From an uncultured archaeon (GTDB lineage: Archaea > Asgardarchaeota > Hermodarchaeia > Hermodarchaeales > Hermodarchaeaceae): 64,000 bases of DNA. A program made the position numbers and the translations under genes. The stretch is taken from the NCBI GenBank assembly GCA_964347045.1, contig CAYFXC010000001.1:160001-224000 (forward strand), read 5' to 3'. Positions 28,412 to 37,631 of this stretch are shown piece by piece; position 1 is the first letter of the stretch, and every line of letters begins with the position of its first letter. The notes below the pieces were generated by a model. The model did not search any database and was not told the DNA's origin. It saw only the letters and a program-made list of their open reading frames with translations.

Positions 28412-29186
28412 TGAAAATCAGATAATACATCAGGTTATATATGATGCATTTACCAGATACTACGAAAATGTGAAACAAAGGGAGAACAAAAAGCCGTTGA
28501 CAGAAAGTAGCCCTGAGCCATTCTGGTTTCATCAACCGTGGCGAGTCCTTACTGACATTCTTGAATTACAAAAAATTAGTCCATGGGAACTTGACTTAGC
28601 TGAGCTCGTTAATGGGTTTATTGGTCGATTACTTACTGCTGAATATATAGACTTTCGTATTTGTGGTCGTGCGCTCCTATCCGCTGCCATACTTCTTCGA
28701 CTGAAAACGGAATATCTGCTTGAATTTGGTCGAGAGGAAGAAGAAATTATTCGTGTAATCGAAGAAGACATCTTCCTTCCGCCAATCCGGCCTCCCTTTC
28801 GGCAAAATATCCGTCCAACATCATCAGCAGAATTTTTTGAAGCATTACGTGAACTTGTTTTCCCTCCACAAAAACGAAGAAGAAAACTTACCGTGACAAG
28901 TGATTCTTTACTTTCAATACCTCAATTTGGCGGCTCACAAATTGAGCTAAACAAATCAATGAAACAGATATACGCGCAATTAACCAAAGCAAGTCTTGAG
29001 CACAATCCAATCTCTTTTATTAAATTTGTACATGGAATGTCACACATCGAAATCATCCGGGTTTTTCTCACCCTCCTCTACTTGTTAGGTGATGGTAAAG
29101 TTCGTGTTAATCAGGATCAACAATTTGGAAATATTATGATCTGGGTTCAAGAACCTCACAGTGAGGAGGCCAGTACTGGTGGATGA
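28389..29186 (+). CDS. scpA: Kleisin ScpA
   Basis: ISPWELDL, GRALLSAAILLRLK, FLTLLYL...Q..FG.I; follows smc. Confidence 0.88.
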   Translation: MKEQAKPNENQIIHQVIYDAFTRYYENVKQRENKKPLTESSPEPFWFHQPWRVLTDILELQKISPWELDLAELVNGFIGRLLTAEYIDFRICGRALLSAAILLRLKTEYLLEFGREEEEIIRVIEEDIFLPPIRPPFRQNIRPTSSAEFFEALRELVFPPQKRRRKLTVTSDSLLSIPQFGGSQIELNKSMKQIYAQLTKASLEHNPISFIKFVHGMSHIEIIRVFLTLLYLLGDGKVRVNQDQQFGNIMIWVQEPHSEEASTGG

Positions 29187-29730
29187 CGCTACACGATTAG
29201 TTGAAGCCGCGCTCTATATAGCTGGACGACCTCTCACCATTCATGAAATTCAACAAGCCACGTTAATATCTACTATAAAGAAAGTTCGGGAAAGTATTCA
29301 ATTCCTAATTGATGAATACGAAATTCGTTCTGGAGCTTTAGAAATTGTACGACTTCCCCACCAACGATTTGTTCTCCAATTAAAACCAAATCTAAGTGAA
29401 CACGTTGGCAATCTAGCCCCTCAAGGTTTACTTTCTTTAGGGGAGTTAAAAACCCTCATCTATGTTGCTCTTTCTCAACCAATTCTCCAATCAGACGTTG
29501 TTGTGTACCGCGGTTCCCATAGCTACAAGCATATTAAAAACTTAGAACGTCATGGCTTCATTGAATCCACTCCATTTGGACGAACCAAAGAACTCACAAC
29601 AACAGAATTGTTTGCGGATTACTTTGGCTTCGATTATGAAGTTGACAAGCTAAAAGGTCAGCTCCGAAGAATGATTAGGCAAATTCGGATAGAACAATCT
29701 GAATTAGCCGCCGCAGCAGAGGAAAAATAA
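29179..29730 (+). CDS. scpB: ScpB
   Basis: VEAALYIAGRPL, TL.YVA..QPI, RG, TTELFADYFG. GTG 29179 follows GAGGAGG. Confidence 0.92.
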   Translation: MDDATRLVEAALYIAGRPLTIHEIQQATLISTIKKVRESIQFLIDEYEIRSGALEIVRLPHQRFVLQLKPNLSEHVGNLAPQGLLSLGELKTLIYVALSQPILQSDVVVYRGSHSYKHIKNLERHGFIESTPFGRTKELTTTELFADYFGFDYEVDKLKGQLRRMIRQIRIEQSELAAAAEEK

Positions 29731-29831
29731 TCAGCAAATAATCGAATCAATTCGATGTTTACCGCACACTTTGTAAGTTTATATCTTCTTCTATAAATCC
29801 AACAGAAGCCAAATAACTCGAGGTCCGTAGT

Positions 29832-30308
29832 GTGGTTCGTCCTCCTCAATCTTCTTTATCTCAATCTACCCATAGAAATGAAACTTCTAGCATTGCTCCG
29901 CCTGAAGGAATCTACTCATTATTTATTCTCAAGGAATCAGGATGCCCATTTTATTATCGCATATTTACACCAAAGGAAGATCATCCTGACCCCGCCATTC
30001 TTGGAGGGTTTTTCATTGCGCTCTCACTTTTTGCTAAAGAGGTTACTGATGGACAAATTGAAACTGTTACAACTGAGCCCTGCAGATATACCTTTCATCC
30101 ACTTCAAAATGGGCTATTAGTAATTAGTAGTGCAAAAACGTTCAACCCAATATTTATTGAAGCAATTGCTAAGCGCATCGCAAAGTTATTTCTCACCAAA
30201 TATCGTGATCGACTTATCAAACCTCAACCGGCTTCTATTTGCGCACCTGATCTCAATCAGCAAATCGAACAAATATTCGGTGAAACATCAGTGAAAACCT
30301 CGCAATAA
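29832..30308 (+). CDS. Longin-like domain protein
   Basis: IYSLFILKESG.PFYYR.F...DPAILGGFFIAL..FAKE...IE pattern typical of Asgard longin folds. Confidence 0.72.
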   Translation: MVRPPQSSLSQSTHRNETSSIAPPEGIYSLFILKESGCPFYYRIFTPKEDHPDPAILGGFFIALSLFAKEVTDGQIETVTTEPCRYTFHPLQNGLLVISSAKTFNPIFIEAIAKRIAKLFLTKYRDRLIKPQPASICAPDLNQQIEQIFGETSVKTSQ

Positions 30309-30327
30309 TGCTAGGGTGTAACTTGAG

Positions 30328-31368
30328 CTAACAGACACGAGGAATAGCTTCTGCCCACGGGTGTTGAATAATTCTAGAACCGCCAACTTCTGTTCGCATC
30401 ACTACAAGACCTGGGCGGTCATCTTTTGCCTCTCCAATGATTTGCGCATCTTTTCCATATTTGTTGTTACGAATAACTTTTAGAACGCTCTCAGCTTTCT
30501 CGGCCTCCACTGCTATTAGGGCTTTTCCTTCACAAGTTACTTGCAAAGGGTCAAGACCAAGCATTTGACTTGCTGCTAGCACTTCTCGTTGATATGGCAG
30601 TCTAGTCTCATCTATTACCAAACTAACATTCGACTTTTTTGCGAATTCATTTAGTGTTGCTGATAGTCCTCCACGTGTAGGATCCTTCATGGCATGAATG
30701 CCACCTACTTGTAATGCTGAATTAACTAATGACCACAGTGGCGCAATATCAGATTTTAGATCAGTTTCAAAGGAAAGTCCTTCACGGCTTGCTAACAACG
30801 CAATTCCATGATCCCCTATGGTTCCGGTCATTATCAGTTTGTCACCGACTTTTACACCGCTATCTGTGATTGCCTTTCCTTTGTCAATTACTCCAAATCC
30901 AGTGGTACATATTATCATTTCATCAAGCCCGCCAGTTGGTATTATCTTCGTGTCTCCTGCAACAACTGCTACTTGGTCTTCTGCTGCAGTTGAAGCCATT
31001 GATGTTAAAATCGTGTGAAGTGCTTCGATGCTAAATCCCTCTTCAATTACCAAAGCACTAGTCATGGCCAATGGTCGGGCACCCATCATCGCCACATCAT
31101 TAATTGTACCTGCAGCGGCAAGGCTCCCAATATTTCCACCTGGAAAAAACAACGGTGATACCGTATGACTGTCGGTAGAAACCACAACCTCACATTTTTC
31201 TAAAGGAATTGAAGCTCCGTCATCTGCTTCGGGTAATCCAATTCCCGTTTCAAAACGATTGAGCGTGAAATGGGGAAAAATAATATCCGCTAGAAATTGA
31301 GCCATTGCACGACCGCCAGCTCCATGGGCTAATTCAACAAGGGGCGTTCCTTTTGACATTGTAATCAC
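30328..31368 (-). CDS. hypE: Hydrogenase maturation protein HypE
   Basis: HGAGG, TDSHTV.PLFFPGGNIG, GDTK, DPTRGG, C-terminal PRVC. Confidence 0.96.
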   Translation of the reverse strand: MITMSKGTPLVELAHGAGGRAMAQFLADIIFPHFTLNRFETGIGLPEADDGASIPLEKCEVVVSTDSHTVSPLFFPGGNIGSLAAAGTINDVAMMGARPLAMTSALVIEEGFSIEALHTILTSMASTAAEDQVAVVAGDTKIIPTGGLDEMIICTTGFGVIDKGKAITDSGVKVGDKLIMTGTIGDHGIALLASREGLSFETDLKSDIAPLWSLVNSALQVGGIHAMKDPTRGGLSATLNEFAKKSNVSLVIDETRLPYQREVLAASQMLGLDPLQVTCEGKALIAVEAEKAESVLKVIRNNKYGKDAQIIGEAKDDRPGLVVMRTEVGGSRIIQHPWAEAIPRVC

Positions 31369-31430
31369 TACTGATTGACTATATGAAAGTCAAAGCGCTA
31401 GAACCTAAAGTCTTTACCATTATCGGGTTG

Positions 31431-31445
31431 GCGAAACGTTTATAG
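31431..31445 (+). promoter_or_regulatory. Candidate BRE/TATA of rps8e
   Basis: gcgaaacg-tttatag about 40 nt upstream of the likely ATG. Confidence 0.5.
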
Positions 31446-31485
31446 CTCCTTGTCAGTGTCTCGTCTCAAATCCGAGGTCACAGAA

Positions 31486-31866
31486 ATGCCCCTATGGCAA
31501 GGTAAATCAAAACGGTACCACAGTGGTGCTAGACGGCGGTCGTCGCGCAAGCACCGTAAATTCGAAAGAGGTAGTCAAGCCACAGAAACCATAATGGGAG
31601 AAAAGAAGCTCCGATTTAAGAGAGCGCTAAGTGGGGATAATAAACTTCGTTTATTAGCTGCCTCTTATGCTAATGTTACTGATAAAGCCACAGGGGAATC
31701 AGAAAAAACAAAAATTATCCAAGTCCTCCAAAATCCGGCAAATGTTGATTTTGATCGTCGTGGAATCATAACAAAGGGAGCTATCATTGAAACCGAAAAA
31801 GGGAAAGCCGTCGTAACCAGTCGTCCAGGTCAAAATGGAGTAGTGGACGCGATTAAAATTGAATAA
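31486..31866 (+). CDS. rps8e: 30S ribosomal protein S8e
   Basis: WQGKSKR..SG...RKFERG...NPAN..F.RRGIITKGAIIET...VTSRPGQNG. Start refined to ATG 31486. Confidence 0.96.
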   Translation: MPLWQGKSKRYHSGARRRSSRKHRKFERGSQATETIMGEKKLRFKRALSGDNKLRLLAASYANVTDKATGESEKTKIIQVLQNPANVDFDRRGIITKGAIIETEKGKAVVTSRPGQNGVVDAIKIE

Positions 31867-31875
31867 ATAAATCAG

Positions 31876-32253
31876 CTAGCTATTTTTTACTTCAGCTTGA
31901 ATATCCTTGATGATGCATTCTCTTCCCTGAATTACATCTACATCCTTAGTTTTACATTTTGAACAAGCCAAAGATGATAAGATTTCATAAAGGGCCCCTT
32001 TTTGGGTAACCGCGGATTCAACACCGCATTTTCTACAACGTATCTTTGTTGCTAGTGGCTCAATAGTTACTACGGCTTCTTCTGCAATTGAATCCTTCGA
32101 CGCCATTTCAATGCCAAAGATTAATTGGTCATGATTTAGCATTGATAATTTTCCTATTTGAAGTGTGATTCCTACTACCTTCGTTGCACCATAGCTTTTT
32201 GCAGCACGTTTCACTGCTTCCAGGATACTAACTGCAGTCGAAAATTCATGCAT
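31876..32253 (-). CDS. hypA: Nickel metallochaperone HypA
   Basis: MHEFS start, CRKC and CSKC zinc site, GRE. Confidence 0.95.
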   Translation of the reverse strand: MHEFSTAVSILEAVKRAAKSYGATKVVGITLQIGKLSMLNHDQLIFGIEMASKDSIAEEAVVTIEPLATKIRCRKCGVESAVTQKGALYEILSSLACSKCKTKDVDVIQGRECIIKDIQAEVKNS

Positions 32254-32352
32254 GATATCTCAATCCCTCTATTCAAAACTTTTCAACCTTGCTCCCTTAC
32301 AAAAAAAGCAAAACTTTTGTGCTACGAATGGTGGCTATGAAGGCGGTTTAGA

Positions 32353-32655
32353 ATGCGTAAGTCAGGAAATTACTATATTTATCCCGCGTACTTCGAGGCA
32401 AATCGAAGTCGCCATTCTGGACGGCGGGTTCCAAAAAAACTCGCCTTGACAGTAGTAACTACATCGATGATAGCGAAAGCCGCAGAGCGACTTGGTCTAA
32501 AATATGCCGTAGAATCAAAAGCGCGATACCCTGCAAGTTGGTGGAGTGCATCTGGGGTTGTGCTCATTCAGAAACTTGATAATCAGACCAAAACTCAGCT
32601 TCTAAAAGAACTAGCAAAAATCATGAGAACTTTGAAAGTAGTAAGCAAAAAATAA
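32353..32655 (+). CDS. srp19: Signal recognition particle 19 kDa protein
   Basis: IYPAYF..NRSR.SGRRVPK, ARYP..W...G, KTQLLKELA. Confidence 0.93.
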   Translation: MRKSGNYYIYPAYFEANRSRHSGRRVPKKLALTVVTTSMIAKAAERLGLKYAVESKARYPASWWSASGVVLIQKLDNQTKTQLLKELAKIMRTLKVVSKK

Positions 32656-32756
32656 TTTTTGCAAGAAAAAGGGTCTTTACAAACGGAAAAAATAATCAAA
32701 TGAATTACGTTTTTTATGGGGTTACAAACGTCAACTGTTTTACACAGAAAAGCAGG

Positions 32757-32770
32757 CAAACGTTTTTAAG
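32757..32770 (+). promoter_or_regulatory. Candidate BRE/TATA for gar1-tfb
   Basis: caaacg-tttttaag upstream of gar1. Confidence 0.45.
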
Positions 32771-32833
32771 TGACGGTCTGTTTCTCCAACGCTAATCTCC
32801 CACGACCTAATTCTAGCCTTCCCAGGAGTCGAT

Positions 32834-33103
32834 CTGCTGCAAGGAATTGGTCATGTTATACACATTTCCGCGCAAGGAAATGTCATTGCGCGTCTAAAGC
32901 AAGCTATACGAATAGGAACGCTCGTTTTCTCAACCCACTCTCAACTGATTGGAAGAGTAATTGATATCTTTGGACCAACTATTCAACCGTTTGCTACTTT
33001 AAAGCCTGAAACAAAATTAACAAACGCCGTAGTGCCTCCTGGGACAACTCTATATCTAAAGAAGGCTCCAAAAGGAGGCGTAGGGAAACGACGAAAGAAG
33101 TAA
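32834..33103 (+). CDS. gar1: H/ACA RNP protein Gar1 (CTG start, missed by ORF track)
   Basis: Hand translation [20 protein letters not shown]...IGTLVF...[20 protein letters not shown]...LYL; CAGGAG just upstream; usual position before tfb. Confidence 0.85.
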   Translation: MLQGIGHVIHISAQGNVIARLKQAIRIGTLVFSTHSQLIGRVIDIFGPTIQPFATLKPETKLTNAVVPPGTTLYLKKAPKGGVGKRRKK

Positions 33104-34017
33104 GTGCTTCTACGCTCGCTAACTGTCCTGACTGTGGTACTACCCGTCTAGTGAAAGATTATTCAAGAGCTGAAATTATTTGCATGAACTGTGGACTCGT
33201 GCTCACAGATCGGATCATCGATGAAGGCCCTGAATGGAGGGCTTTTGACCAAGAACAACGTGATAAACGTGCGCGTGTCGGCGCTCCCCTTACATTTACT
33301 ATTCACGATAAAGGGCTGTCAACAATGATTGATTGGCGAAATCGTGATAGCTATGGCAAAGATTTGGCTCCAAAACGTAGGGCACAAATCTATCGACTAC
33401 GCAAATGGCAACGAAGAATTCGTGTGTCCGATGCCACAGAACGCAATCTAGCTTATGCTCTTTCTGAACTGGATCGAATGGCATCAAGCCTTGGTCTTCC
33501 ACGTAATGTTCGCGAAATTGCTGCAATGCTTTACCGCAGAGCTGTTGAACAGCGCTTGATACGAGGTAGGTCAATTGAAGGAGTTGCTGCTGCAGCCCTT
33601 TATGCTGCTTGCCGGCAATCTCGTATCCCTCGAACACTCGACGAAGTAGCTGAGGTCTCAAGAGTCGGTAAAAAGGAGATTGGACGGAGTTACCGTTTTA
33701 TCGCACGTGAACTTCGTCTTTCAATTCCTCCAACCTCTCCAATAGACTACGTTCCCCGATTTATCAGTGAACTAAAACTACTTGGTGAAGTTCAAGCTCA
33801 AGCCATTCAAATTCTTAAAATGGCTTCAAATAAGGGACTTACAAGTGGACGAGGACCGACCGGTGTAGCTGCTGCAGCTATCTACGTTGCTAGCGTTCTG
33901 GCAAATTCAAGACGAACACAACGTGAAGTAGCTGCTGTTGCCCGAGTCACTGAAGTAACAGTACGCAATCGTTACAAAGAGCTCGTTGAAAAATTAGATC
34001 TCGAAGTCCCTCTCTAA
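33088..34017 (+). CDS. tfb: Transcription initiation factor TFB (start uncertain; zinc ribbon begins upstream of the ORF-track start 33151)
   Basis: CPDC...CMNC zinc ribbon, GPEWRAF, cyclin repeats, [23 protein letters not shown]. Confidence 0.95.
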   Translation, partial: TTKEVSASTLANCPDCGTTRLVKDYSRAEIICMNCGLVLTDRIIDEGPEWRAFDQEQRDKRARVGAPLTFTIHDKGLSTMIDWRNRDSYGKDLAPKRRAQIYRLRKWQRRIRVSDATERNLAYALSELDRMASSLGLPRNVREIAAMLYRRAVEQRLIRGRSIEGVAAAALYAACRQSRIPRTLDEVAEVSRVGKKEIGRSYRFIARELRLSIPPTSPIDYVPRFISELKLLGEVQAQAIQILKMASNKGLTSGRGPTGVAAAAIYVASVLANSRRTQREVAAVARVTEVTVRNRYKELVEKLDLEVPL

Positions 34018-34028
34018 CGGGTATTCAT

Positions 34029-34064
34029 AGGGCGAAACGCTTCGCCCTTTTTTCTTTTCTTTTT
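34029..34064 (+). terminator. Stem-loop plus U-tract after tfb
   Basis: AGGGCGAA-acgc-TTCGCCCT followed by a long T-rich tract. Confidence 0.7.
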
Positions 34065-34118
34065 CATTGGCTTTTGAAAGGCTTTTTATTCAGTGGACAA
34101 GCATCCTAGAATGATGTC

Positions 34119-34454
34119 ATGGAATCTGGTACTATTGAAGTCCTTAAGGACGCAGGAAAGCAGGGCATCCTTCTTGCAGAACTAGTTAAAAAAATAAATC
34201 AACCAGAATCCGTAATTCTTCAGATTATTGATTCATTGAGTAAAAATGGTCAAGTCAAAAAAGTTGAAGAAAATCATGATGGTAAATCTATGTTTCGGAT
34301 AATCTGGCAAGGTATAGATAAATCAGAATGGGACACGCTTGAAGGATGTCCCTGCTTTGTTTGTCCTGATATTGATCAATGTGGAGCTGGTCAACCCACT
34401 AGTCCGTGGATATGTGAAAAATTAAATTCTTGGATTAAGGACCGCTTGGACTAA
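34119..34454 (+). CDS. TFE-beta / RNA polymerase III C34-like protein
   Basis: N-terminal wHTH plus C-terminal PCFVCPDIDQC.....SP..C..L..W Fe-S motif. Confidence 0.82.
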   Translation: MESGTIEVLKDAGKQGILLAELVKKINQPESVILQIIDSLSKNGQVKKVEENHDGKSMFRIIWQGIDKSEWDTLEGCPCFVCPDIDQCGAGQPTSPWICEKLNSWIKDRLD

Positions 34455-35055
34455 CAGACTCTGATACTCCACAAAATCCCTTTGCAATGAGATACATCTC
34501 TGGGCTCCGTTTAAAGGAAGATTGTGGTTTATAGGTTTTCACAGAATGGAACTGTTCTTTAGCCTGTGAAATGAATTTTTGAAATTCGTCTGATTGAAAA
34601 ACCTTCGTAACAAAATGTCCATTTTTATCAAGTAACTTCGTAGCAAGTTGAAAGCTTAATTTTGCCAACCACAGTTGTCGCTCTCTATCAAGGGACTTAT
34701 TTCCTGATAGTTTTGGTGAACAATCACTAAGTACAACATGTGCAGGCTTTTCTAGAAGCTCTAGTAAATGAGTGACCAATTCAGGTGATTCAATGGAACT
34801 TTGCAGAATATGCACACCCGGAATTGGTTTTACAAATGCAACATCAATACCAATGATAACTGCATCGGAATCAACACGTTCTTTCACAACTTGCAGCCAA
34901 GAACCAGGAGAACAACACAAATCAACAATCCGGGTTGCTTTTTTTAATATCTCAAAACGCTGATCGATATCAAGTATCTTAAATGCCGCTCGCGAACGAT
35001 AGCCTACCTTACGTGCTTTCTTTCGATAGGCTTCGTCTTTTTTCCAGCGCTTCAT
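34435..35055 (-). CDS. rlmE: 23S rRNA Um2552 methyltransferase RlmE/FtsJ
   Basis: YRSRAAFK, DL.CSPGSW.Q, LSDCSP, KVF, KP.SS...S.EMY. Confidence 0.93.
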   Translation of the reverse strand: MKRWKKDEAYRKKARKVGYRSRAAFKILDIDQRFEILKKATRIVDLCCSPGSWLQVVKERVDSDAVIIGIDVAFVKPIPGVHILQSSIESPELVTHLLELLEKPAHVVLSDCSPKLSGNKSLDRERQLWLAKLSFQLATKLLDKNGHFVTKVFQSDEFQKFISQAKEQFHSVKTYKPQSSFKRSPEMYLIAKGFCGVSESVSPSGP

Positions 35056-35059
35056 GATA

Positions 35060-36232
35060 TTAATTCTCCTTATTTAGCATCAAAAGAAGCTGCTTTATTT
35101 TTTGTTCATTAGCGGAGGTACGAATGGCATGGGAAGAATAATGGGTTCGAACACAAAACTCGCCGGTGTCACGTAATTTATCGATTATGACACGAAAAGG
35201 AGGAACTGGGATATTTAACGTATCCGCTAATTGATGGAGGTCATAATAGGTTGGAGGACCATCTACTTCTTCCTTTATTGTGGTTAAAAGCGATAAAACT
35301 CGGCGTTTTTCACCAAGATGGAAGCTATCCAGATTTTGAGCCATTTTTCCGATGAATGTTTTATCACCAAGTTTACCAGTCCAGAGAGGACCTATTAGCT
35401 GGGTGTTGTCAGTTTCACATTGCTCGCAAAATATAACATCAGGATTCAATCCCTTAGTAATTGACCGATGACCACATTGATTGCAGTGAATAATGAATCC
35501 CATTTGTGATACTGCCTTCCAAGTATTATTGTCTCCCTCTTTCGCCAAACAATACAATCGAACATAATGATCAACTGAAAAGGCTAGCAAAGGAGTGAGT
35601 CCAATATTTTGAGATGAAGCCTCTCGTATTATACATCCTAGCAAGATGCGTACGGCTAGCTCATGTGCATACGTTGTTTTCATAGGCACAGCCGCATATC
35701 GTTTGATGCATGTTCGTCGACGGATTCCAACCAATACAGGCATATCCGTTGCTGTAAGGCAGAGTAGTGCAGGAGGCTTCAACGCTCGAATCGCCGAATT
35801 GAAAAACGCACGAGGGGAACCAAACGGATCGATGTCGATGATATCAAATTTGCTATGAAATGACACAAACTGACTCAATAGCTGATTCGCTTCGCTATGG
35901 TGAACCTCTAGCAAGTCTTCGACTTCATTCAGATCTCGGTTTTTTTCAATAAGCTTAATTGCCTGGGGGTTTGCATCTCCTACAATCACTTTTTCGATTT
36001 CCGATACCTCTTTGGCAATCCGAATTGGTCGTACGCCCGTTCCGGCTAATGGTGTACAAACTCGAACTCTAGTTTTATCATATCGCGTAATAAAGGTCTG
36101 GAGAGCAACAATAGTCATGTCACGATTGAGCTCAGATTGAGGATTGAAGAAAACTGTCATTCCCGTGGTTGGAACCTTTTGTAATGGTGGTCGTAGAAAG
36201 GTTATAGTTCCTTCTTGGTGTTTTTCATACAA
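35060..36232 (-). CDS. trm1: tRNA G26 N2-dimethyltransferase Trm1
   Basis: VFFNP...NRD, GTGVR.IR, DIDPFGSP, LTATD, DHYVR, GPLWTG.L. Confidence 0.94.
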   Translation of the reverse strand: MYEKHQEGTITFLRPPLQKVPTTGMTVFFNPQSELNRDMTIVALQTFITRYDKTRVRVCTPLAGTGVRPIRIAKEVSEIEKVIVGDANPQAIKLIEKNRDLNEVEDLLEVHHSEANQLLSQFVSFHSKFDIIDIDPFGSPRAFFNSAIRALKPPALLCLTATDMPVLVGIRRRTCIKRYAAVPMKTTYAHELAVRILLGCIIREASSQNIGLTPLLAFSVDHYVRLYCLAKEGDNNTWKAVSQMGFIIHCNQCGHRSITKGLNPDVIFCEQCETDNTQLIGPLWTGKLGDKTFIGKMAQNLDSFHLGEKRRVLSLLTTIKEEVDGPPTYYDLHQLADTLNIPVPPFRVIIDKLRDTGEFCVRTHYSSHAIRTSANEQKIKQLLLMLNKEN

Positions 36233-36233
36233 A

Positions 36234-37205
36234 TCAAGCGCCTCGACGGCTTTGGATTAGCGCGATGAATTCGCTTGGGTTCTCAAGTGATAGGAGTTCT
36301 TTAAGACAAAAACACGGTATGCCACTAATTGCTTCAACGGTGAGGGAATCTGACGCGATTATTGCTGGTTCTTCATTGAGTATGTCAGCTAGTTTTGCCA
36401 GGAATTCAAGTCGGTTTTCATCAAGCCGTTCAAGACGCTGTTTCAAATAACTCAAAACAACATGGTGTTGAAGGGAGGTAAGCAAATTAAATGGGGCGTC
36501 ATTAGCAATTGTAGAATTGAATCCTAAACGAGAAAAGATTTCTAGCGTTGTTTTTGTAAGTTGCGTTTGGTTTCCAAGAGATTCATGTGTAATCTCAGAT
36601 TTACTTGGTGTTGAGATAGTTTTCAAAAGATTTAGTGGATCGATTAGGATTGTATCAAGTAGTTCTTCTAAACTTAAAACCACATCAATTGTAGGGCTCA
36701 TAGTTCCTCTTTCGTATTCGTATATTGCTCGCCGTGAAAGTCCAATTTCATCAGCGATGTCTCCACGGGAATAGCTCTTTGCTTCTCGAGCTTTCTTTAG
36801 CTTATTACCATTCATAATAACATATATTCCGCCTTTTTTGGCAAGAAGAAATGGGAACACTTTATCTTCCAATATTCCGCGTAGCGTTTCAAGCGTAATT
36901 GCAGGAATTGAGCCTCTGATATGAATTACTCCATCTATGAGAGGGCGTTTCCGAGTACGTTCACCAATAATTATTGGTGTGCATCGAAGGATAGAACATA
37001 TCTTACTCAGTTCTTCTCGGACATGAGATTCAACGTTATCAATCGTTACACTGGTCTTAATTGCGATACGTGTATCGCCCTCGTCAATAATACTATCAAA
37101 ACAATATTCTGGATTAAAAGAAGTGGCGTGTTCTCTTGCAGCTGTATCTAATACATCCCGAACGTCATCCAGATACTTTTGTTTTGTCAGCATATTATTT
37201 GCCAA
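36234..37205 (-). CDS. Archaeal HTH regulator (COG1395-like)
   Basis: CFD, PIIIGER, GG.YV...G..L..AR, LSRRAIYEYERG. Confidence 0.85.
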   Translation of the reverse strand: MANNMLTKQKYLDDVRDVLDTAAREHATSFNPEYCFDSIIDEGDTRIAIKTSVTIDNVESHVREELSKICSILRCTPIIIGERTRKRPLIDGVIHIRGSIPAITLETLRGILEDKVFPFLLAKKGGIYVIMNGNKLKKAREAKSYSRGDIADEIGLSRRAIYEYERGTMSPTIDVVLSLEELLDTILIDPLNLLKTISTPSKSEITHESLGNQTQLTKTTLEIFSRLGFNSTIANDAPFNLLTSLQHHVVLSYLKQRLERLDENRLEFLAKLADILNEEPAIIASDSLTVEAISGIPCFCLKELLSLENPSEFIALIQSRRGA

Positions 37206-37629
37206 ATCCTATTGTTACGGTAGTTGGTAATTTCTTTCTTAAGAGAGCCACTTCAGGCGAATAAATAATTCGGGGTAGACGCGCTGAACGCCATGTCTCA
37301 AAAGGAGCACTAATTTTTCCTAAGATGTGTAAAACTGTAAATTGATCGATTTTTGAACCGCCAATAGTATGTGCGCCTGGTCCTAATGAGGTTCTTCTTA
37401 AAATTGTAAATGGTATCATTATTTTGTTATGATACTTGGGGGGAACTATTTCTGCAAGCTCTTTTAATTCTTCAAAACTAACTGCACTTTTTTTTCCATC
37501 TCGAGTCGTAAATCCTGGTGCGGGTTCACTAAGCAATTCAGATAATGATTTCTTTGTTTTGGGCATATGATCGTTAATCTGAGCGATTTCTCGTTCAAGG
37601 CCTGATAAAAACCCATTATATTTCTTCAC
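37195..37629 (-). CDS. DUF61 / UPF0216 protein
   Basis: INDHMP...KSL.ELL.E..P....RDG, ELKEL, LRKKLPTT. Confidence 0.8.
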   Translation of the reverse strand: MKKYNGFLSGLEREIAQINDHMPKTKKSLSELLSEPAPGFTTRDGKKSAVSFEELKELAEIVPPKYHNKIMIPFTILRRTSLGPGAHTIGGSKIDQFTVLHILGKISAPFETWRSARLPRIIYSPEVALLRKKLPTTVTIGFGK

Positions 37630-37631
37630 TG

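Noticed and set aside
32770-32964. 64-aa ORF upstream of tfb
   Set aside because: Overlaps the real gar1 frame in another phase.
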